A stretch of DNA of 64,000 bases, from positions 124,001 through 188,000 of the IMG/VR virus record IMGVR_UViG_3300024999_000029. One strand, given 5' to 3'. The notes beneath the pieces are model-generated. The model did no database searches and was not told where the DNA came from. It was given only the letters and a program-made list of their open reading frames with translations. The stretch's first letter is position 1. Each line of letters opens with the position of its first letter. Of the stretch, positions 58,525-64,000 are shown in pieces. The position numbers were made by a program, and so were the translations under genes.

Positions 58525-58941
58525 TTAGAATGGTAATTCATCGTCATTGACTACGGTGAAAAAATTGTCATCGTTACTATTGTTTGTAGATTGAGATTTA
58601 ACCTGCCCATTTTCATCTTTTTTAGAATCTCCGAAATAAACTTCATCTGCAACTACTTCTGTAGCATAGTGTTTTTTATTGTCATTATCTTCCCAAGAAC
58701 GAGTTTGAAGTCTACCAACTACTACTGCCATTCTTCCCTTGCTAAAATACTTACTTACAAATTCACCTGTTTTATTCCAAGCAACTATAGGAATAAAATC
58801 AGCCTGTTTTTCTTCGCCTTGTTTTGCAAACTTATCTACAGCCAAAGTAAAACTACAAACTGGTATATTATTGGAACTTGTGTATCTTAGCTCTGGATCT
58901 TTCGTAAGTCTTCCCATTAAAATTACCTTGTTTAAATTCAT
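58525..58941 (-). CDS. ssb: Single-stranded DNA-binding protein
   Basis: NKVILMGRLTKDPELRYT...GRLQTRSWE...DDELPF tail. Confidence 0.95.
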   Translation of the reverse strand: MNLNKVILMGRLTKDPELRYTSSNNIPVCSFTLAVDKFAKQGEEKQADFIPIVAWNKTGEFVSKYFSKGRMAVVVGRLQTRSWEDNDNKKHYATEVVADEVYFGDSKKDENGQVKSQSTNNSNDDNFFTVVNDDELPF

Positions 58942-58970
58942 AAATTAATTCCTCCACTTTTATATTTTAT

Positions 58971-59993
58971 TTATTTTTTAATTTTATTTAACTCAGAATA
59001 CATTTCTTTTGCTACATTTAAATCTTTTATATTGTTTGGATTTCCTTTGTAATCTTTAAGTGCATCTAATACAGCATCTCGATTAATTTGTGCTTTTTCC
59101 TTTGCTATATTTAATAATTCAGCTTTTAATTGATCAAGTGTAAAACCTTCAATATCCTTTAACTCTTTATTTTCTATTTCTTTCACTTCTTCTTTAACCT
59201 TATTGGACACTTCTTTTAGTTCATTCTCTTCATTGGCTTTCATATCATCTTTTATTTTTTGTCTCTCTTTTATTATTGAATCCATTTGATTCTTACCATC
59301 CCCCAATGCCCATTTGCAAAGTTTTTCACCATGTTTTTCATCTAATACTAGTGCTTCTCCCTCAAACAAATGTGTATTATCTTTTGCCGTAGTAGCTATA
59401 TGAGTATCTAAATCAAGAATAAATGAAGTAATAAATAAATACTCTGTATTTTTTCTTTGGTCGTAACCTAGCGGAATTTTTCTCACTACTTGCTTACCAT
59501 TAATCTCTTCTTGCACATACTTATCATCGCCTCTAACTGTAGCAAAAATATGTATATTACTATCTAAAATTTTATCCATAAATGCTTCATGTCTAGGTGT
59601 AACAGTTCTCCATGCTGTATAAGAATTTCCAGGGATTTTAGCATGAATTTCTAAACAACCACCTTTACCACTCCACTCATGAGTAATACTATCTATAATT
59701 AAAATTTTATATCCAGCAGCAACCGCTTCATCTATAGCAGCTATGTATTTTTCTGGAGTATAAGGTGCAGTAATATCCATTATGTCGTAATCATATTCGT
59801 TAGCGTATAATTTACCTCTATTGGGTTCTGAGTTTATAAAAGCGATTCTCTCATTTTTACCTGTTTGTTTTGATAGTTCTTTAGCGAATCCAGAAGCTAA
59901 TTTGAGAGATGTATATGATTTACCTCCTCCAGAACTCGCAATTTGTAAACCTTTAAACCACATATAATCTCTAGTTGCTTTAACGAATGCCAT
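58971..59993 (-). CDS. AAA-family ATPase (Sak4-like recombination/annealing protein)
   Basis: SSGGGKSYTS Walker A; IIDSITHEW; HIFATVRG. Confidence 0.8.
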   Translation of the reverse strand: MAFVKATRDYMWFKGLQIASSGGGKSYTSLKLASGFAKELSKQTGKNERIAFINSEPNRGKLYANEYDYDIMDITAPYTPEKYIAAIDEAVAAGYKILIIDSITHEWSGKGGCLEIHAKIPGNSYTAWRTVTPRHEAFMDKILDSNIHIFATVRGDDKYVQEEINGKQVVRKIPLGYDQRKNTEYLFITSFILDLDTHIATTAKDNTHLFEGEALVLDEKHGEKLCKWALGDGKNQMDSIIKERQKIKDDMKANEENELKEVSNKVKEEVKEIENKELKDIEGFTLDQLKAELLNIAKEKAQINRDAVLDALKDYKGNPNNIKDLNVAKEMYSELNKIKK

Positions 59994-60019
59994 AAATAAT
60001 TTTCCTCCTGTTTTATATT

Positions 60020-60616
60020 TTATTTTATTACTTTTTCAAGTAAATAACTTGATTCATAATCAGCAGTATGTAAGGCAATTATTGCGGGATATTTTTCTGC
60101 TGCCTTATTATAAGCTTGTTTCATTTCATATTCTTCAGGTACTCCCATGTGAAATAATATTGCCATTACTTCAAACTCTGATAGCGGGATAAATTTTTGA
60201 AGAATTATAACTGATTTTGCTCCATGCCCTAAAGGTAACTGGTCGTCGATCTCCCATACCTCTTTTTCTATCCAATTATCAACTTCTTTACCATATCCAT
60301 TGATTTTTTTACCGTCTTTAACGTTTTTAATCCCTTTTTTGTAGAATAAATTTTTGCATAAATCATGACATATTCCACAAATAGTTATTGTATCTTGCGT
60401 CAATCCTAGTCCAAATCTTTCATTTTTCTCGCTAAAAAGTTCTCGTACTAACCATGAATGATCATATAATCCTCCATCATAATTAGAGTGATATTTACTA
60501 GATGCTGGAGCCGTAAAGTAATCTGTTTTGTTTTCAAGATAATCAATTAATTTATCAATTCCTTCTCTTTTAACAGACTTTAACGCATCAAGTATTTTTT
60601 CTTTGTATTCGCTCAT
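60020..60616 (-). CDS. HD-domain phosphohydrolase
   Basis: FTAPASSKYH...GLYDHS...CHDLCK...GHGAKS...HMG...HTAD. Confidence 0.88.
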   Translation of the reverse strand: MSEYKEKILDALKSVKREGIDKLIDYLENKTDYFTAPASSKYHSNYDGGLYDHSWLVRELFSEKNERFGLGLTQDTITICGICHDLCKNLFYKKGIKNVKDGKKINGYGKEVDNWIEKEVWEIDDQLPLGHGAKSVIILQKFIPLSEFEVMAILFHMGVPEEYEMKQAYNKAAEKYPAIIALHTADYESSYLLEKVIK

Positions 60617-60757
60617 CCTTACTCCTTTCATTCTTTTTTATATTTAAACCCTTGCGGGATTACCTAAAGTAAATATATTTAAATTGTAAAAACATTAAGC
60701 AATCTATATTAACCCTCCATCCTCCGCTCCTACCTCCACAATAAATGTCCTTTCAGG

Positions 60758-60979
60758 TTATATTTTTGCTTCCTCTTCAACTTTTTCTTCGGGTTCCTTT
60801 TTTACTTCTTCAATCTTATCCACTATATATTTAGCGTTTTCATGCTTGCCATCTTTGTTGAATTTAGTTACACCCATTAAAATTCTAACTGCTGATAGTT
60901 CATTTAATGCTTCGACCAAAGTTGTTCTAGTCATTGGGTTATATCTAGTCTTTTCTGTGTAAGTGATATTAAATTTCAT
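60758..60979 (-). CDS. Hypothetical protein
   Basis: SD aaaggaga. Confidence 0.6.
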   Translation of the reverse strand: MKFNITYTEKTRYNPMTRTTLVEALNELSAVRILMGVTKFNKDGKHENAKYIVDKIEEVKKEPEEKVEEEAKI

Positions 60980-61029
60980 ATTTTTCTCCTTTAAGTTTTA
61001 TATTTTTGTTTTAACATGAAAAATTATTT

Positions 61030-61230
61030 GCCCCTGTATATGATTCCGCATATACTTTAACGGTCTGGCAGACCGAACCTTTTGTCTCACCTGAGTTATC
61101 CACAAGCTATTACAAGTGGAACAATATCATTTGGCATCGATCCAAACTCCCTTCACACCAGTCCTCGGTCAGCGAGCAAGATTTGAACTTACCTCCTGGT
61201 ATAATAAAGGGCATTAACCCGTATTACCTT
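61030..61230 (-). ncRNA. Candidate structured ncRNA with a tRNA-like T-arm
   Basis: GC-rich intergenic island; on the minus strand GTAAG-TTCAAAT-CTTGC plus hairpins tttgg/ccaaa, ccac/gtgg, cggtct/agaccg and gtatatg/catatac. Confidence 0.45.
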
Positions 61231-61242
61231 AAAATGAAAATT

Positions 61243-62040
61243 TTATTGAAATATTGATTTCTGCAAGCTTACAGTCGCAAGGGTTTCAATTTTATTAATT
61301 CTTCCCAGTATGCGATTTTGAGCTATTTCGTAGTAATTTTTATCTAATTCAAACCCTATGTAATTTCTATTAGTATTTATAGCTGCAACTGCAGTTGTTC
61401 CTGAACCAATACAGTTATCTAGGACTATTTCTCCTTCGTTTGTATATGTGTTAATTAGCCATTCACACAACTCTACTGGCTTTTGAGTAGGGTGCAAAGA
61501 TATTGATGGATGAGGTTTTGAAAACTCTAATATAGATGTTGGAAATTTCATATCCCCTTTAGTTTCAACACATTTAAAATCTCCATAATTATTATTTTGC
61601 AAAACAGCATCATTCATTTTTCCTACAACACTACCTTTTTTATGACACGGATTGCCTTTAACCTTTTGTGGATTGTATATTGGTTGCTTTTTATAAAATA
61701 TCATTATGTCTTCATGTTCTCTTAATGGTTGTCTATTAGCATTTAAAAATCCACTTGATAAAACTTTCTTCCATATTAAATTATATCTATGTATTTTTTT
61801 ATTCGATAATATTGTCTCTGCAGTAAATTTATCTTGACCAAATAAAATTATCGCTCCATTATCTTTGATAATCCTTTCATACTGCTCCCATAGTAGTTGA
61901 TAAGAAATTATTGTATCCCACTTATTTTTTGTAGTTACTCCATAAGGTAAGTCACAAAGAATCATATCTATTGATTTATCGTCTATAAGCTTCATGCCTT
62001 CTAAACAATCTTGGTTATATATCTTGTTTAACTCAATCAT
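61243..62040 (-). CDS. N6-adenine/N4-cytosine DNA methyltransferase (beta class)
   Basis: DLPYG, HPTQKP and LDNCIGSGTT motifs. Confidence 0.92.
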   Translation of the reverse strand: MIELNKIYNQDCLEGMKLIDDKSIDMILCDLPYGVTTKNKWDTIISYQLLWEQYERIIKDNGAIILFGQDKFTAETILSNKKIHRYNLIWKKVLSSGFLNANRQPLREHEDIMIFYKKQPIYNPQKVKGNPCHKKGSVVGKMNDAVLQNNNYGDFKCVETKGDMKFPTSILEFSKPHPSISLHPTQKPVELCEWLINTYTNEGEIVLDNCIGSGTTAVAAINTNRNYIGFELDKNYYEIAQNRILGRINKIETLATVSLQKSIFQ

Positions 62041-62277
62041 TTATACCTCGTTATTTTATATTTTATTTAATTAAGACAGAACGAGAATTTGATATTAATT
62101 TAAACTATAATGCATAAAACTCATTGCTGAAATTAAAAACGCAACTCCCATTTCAACTTTGTTAGGACAATATCCAAAGAACAACGATACAAATAAAATT
62201 AAATAGTATAAACAAAATAGTATATTTAAAACCTTACCCATAGTTTTCTCCTTTCCATAAAAATCCGATTTTATTAA

Positions 62278-62649
62278 TTATATTATTGATGGAAAATAAA
62301 GCTCATTTGCTAATACGCTTTCTAATACTTTAAGATAAACTCCTAATTCACTATCTGAATGAAAATAGTATTCTTTAATCCACCTATCTAATTCTTTGTC
62401 ATAGTTTTTAATTATTCCTTGGTACTTTTTATTTTTTGACGGACAAATATCTTTAAGGCTGCCTTTGCATGATTGATAACAATTATATCCTTCTTTACTT
62501 TCACATTTATTTATTTCTAATCTTCTTGTATCTGACCTAAGTAATGTATAAACCATTGTCTTAATATCTTCTTCTACTTGCTTTTTAACCGCTTTTTGCT
62601 TATAAACTCTTGCTTGATAATAATAATCCTTATTGTCTGTTCCTATCAT
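62278..62649 (-). CDS. Hypothetical protein
   Basis: SD aaggagg. Confidence 0.6.
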   Translation of the reverse strand: MIGTDNKDYYYQARVYKQKAVKKQVEEDIKTMVYTLLRSDTRRLEINKCESKEGYNCYQSCKGSLKDICPSKNKKYQGIIKNYDKELDRWIKEYYFHSDSELGVYLKVLESVLANELYFPSII

Positions 62650-62873
62650 GATATCCTCCTTATTTTATATTTTAATTAAAAGTCTTATTTTATTTATATT
62701 CCCAATTTGCAATATATGGCTGTCTCATTGCCTGTTTTAACCATTCCTGAAAATCTGATTCAATTATGTTTTCTGGAGTTTGTTCAACATAATCCATTTC
62801 TTTTTCGACACAACAACATTTAAAAATAATTTTCATAATAAACTCCTTTTATATTTTGAATCAAAATCATATT

Positions 62874-63284
62874 TTAAAGCATAGACTCAATTTCATTAAG
62901 CTCAAGTTCAACCTTTTTACCATCGGATAATAGCTTTAAAAGTTTATCTTCCATCAATTTAAGATTATTTTCTTCTGCTTTTCGTGAAAGAATTGCAATT
63001 CTAGATTTAATATCGGTGATCCAATCTTCTACCTTATATCCACTAATCACATATTCGTCCAATACACCTAAATCTTTTGCGGAAAGCACATAGGAGTTTA
63101 GTTTAATCATAATTGAAATCAAATCTGGTCTTGCCAAAACCTGAATATTATATCTTACAGCATCTACCTCTAGAGAACAATTTGTAACTGGCGAAAACCT
63201 TGTTGATTTACTCAATTGGGCTTTTTTACTTTCTATTTGCTTCTTTAAAAGCATAATCCTTTGGTCATTTGTTTCATTATTCAT
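62874..63284 (-). CDS. Hypothetical coiled-coil protein
   Basis: Coupled to the upstream ORF. Confidence 0.65.
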   Translation of the reverse strand: MNNETNDQRIMLLKKQIESKKAQLSKSTRFSPVTNCSLEVDAVRYNIQVLARPDLISIMIKLNSYVLSAKDLGVLDEYVISGYKVEDWITDIKSRIAILSRKAEENNLKLMEDKLLKLLSDGKKVELELNEIESML

Positions 63285-63286
63285 AA

Positions 63287-64000
63287 TTAACTTTTATCCT
63301 TTCTATATAATTTATTGTTTTTTAAATATTGACACTTCAATGATGGTTTAAAATTATTATAAATTTCTTCTATAGTCCCACTAAATAAAGGCTCTACGAA
63401 AATAGACTTTCTATTACTTCTCCAATAATCACCTTCATAAGTATAATCATTTTGATTTTTAGGACGAACATAAAATCCATTTTTATTTTTGAGTTCTGTG
63501 TCATTTAGTCTGCTATATTTTTTAACTTCAAACTTTTCATATTGCCCATTTATATTTCCATAAAAAATACGATACTGCCAATAAGAATTTTCATCCTTAT
63601 ATTGCAATTCAAAATCTTCTAATGACCTTAATTCAAAAGTATCTTTACTTACATCATAAGGAGAATAATAAGAATTGCATTCTAACTTATCAAATATTTC
63701 TGAATAATTACTTACACATCTATCATCAATACAAGAAATTAATTTCCCGCCAATGCTTTTATGTTCTATAAAACTAATATCCTTATCTTGTTTACAAAAC
63801 CAAAAACGTAATCCTTCATTTTCTCCATAATAGCCATAACTATCAAATCTACCCATATAAATAATTTCTTCATTTTTATTTGTCAGGTATGTTGCTCCAA
63901 TAATTAAATCTTTTGTCTTAATGTAATTTTTAGAATAAATTAATTTATTAAATTCAATAAGTTCTTTATAATCTGGAGAATCTGTTGGAATTAAAATTAA
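63287..64000 (-). CDS. Hypothetical protein, 5' end outside the window
   Basis: Frame of ORF 63287..63856 stays open to the edge (LILIPTDSPDY...IGATYLTNKNEEIIYMGRF). Confidence 0.7.
   Translation of the reverse strand, partial: LILIPTDSPDYKELIEFNKLIYSKNYIKTKDLIIGATYLTNKNEEIIYMGRFDSYGYYGENEGLRFWFCKQDKDISFIEHKSIGGKLISCIDDRCVSNYSEIFDKLECNSYYSPYDVSKDTFELRSLEDFELQYKDENSYWQYRIFYGNINGQYEKFEVKKYSRLNDTELKNKNGFYVRPKNQNDYTYEGDYWRSNRKSIFVEPLFSGTIEEIYNNFKPSLKCQYLKNNKLYRKDKS

Noticed and set aside
27446-59000. Plus-strand ORFs within the leftward region (for example 27446, 33638, 35160, 36931, 39876, 47970, 54034, 58591)
   Set aside because: They overlap well-supported minus-strand genes and lack SDs or recognisable motifs.
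61096-61104. Perfect DnaA box TTATCCACA
   Set aside because: A single copy inside a hairpin; not enough to call an origin.
1-64000. CRISPR array, rRNA or intact tRNA genes
   Set aside because: No regularly spaced repeat-spacer array and no complete cloverleaf or rRNA signature seen by eye; the Cas4-like nuclease sits in the replication module.

Overview
This is a strongly AT-rich segment of a large temperate Bacillota (probably Clostridia) phage or prophage with SPbeta-like organisation. No host housekeeping DNA is visible. + strand, 1-22.3 kb: late tail and lysis genes. These are a minor tail protein gene split by a homing-endonuclease insertion, a 6.5-kb moron island (XRE regulator, antirepressor, type I toxin-antitoxin, two protease cassettes), an Ig-domain protein, a 2310-aa modular tail fibre, a holin and an M15 endolysin. 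- strand, 22.4-64 kb: large serine recombinase, RuvC, two Pth2 peptidyl-tRNA hydrolases, homing endonucleases, nucleotide metabolism (NT5C, ThyX-like, dUTPase, class III RNR operon), three DNA methyltransferases, about 50 small accessory genes and the replication module (PolB, exonuclease, primase, helicase, SSB, AAA ATPase, HD hydrolase). Four observations stand out. (1) The downstream half of the split tail gene carries an N-terminally fused proteasome-beta/Connectase-like Ntn domain (Ser1, Asp17, Arg19), which suggests protein-level repair of a gene broken by a homing endonuclease. (2) A TAAAA-N6-TTTTA palindrome recurs at accessory gene ends, often starting with the stop codon, and resembles a cassette boundary or operator. 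(3) The family B polymerase is fused to a DnaE-type C-terminal tail. (4) Several structured RNA candidates are unannotated. All family assignments come from motif recognition by eye; no database search was run.
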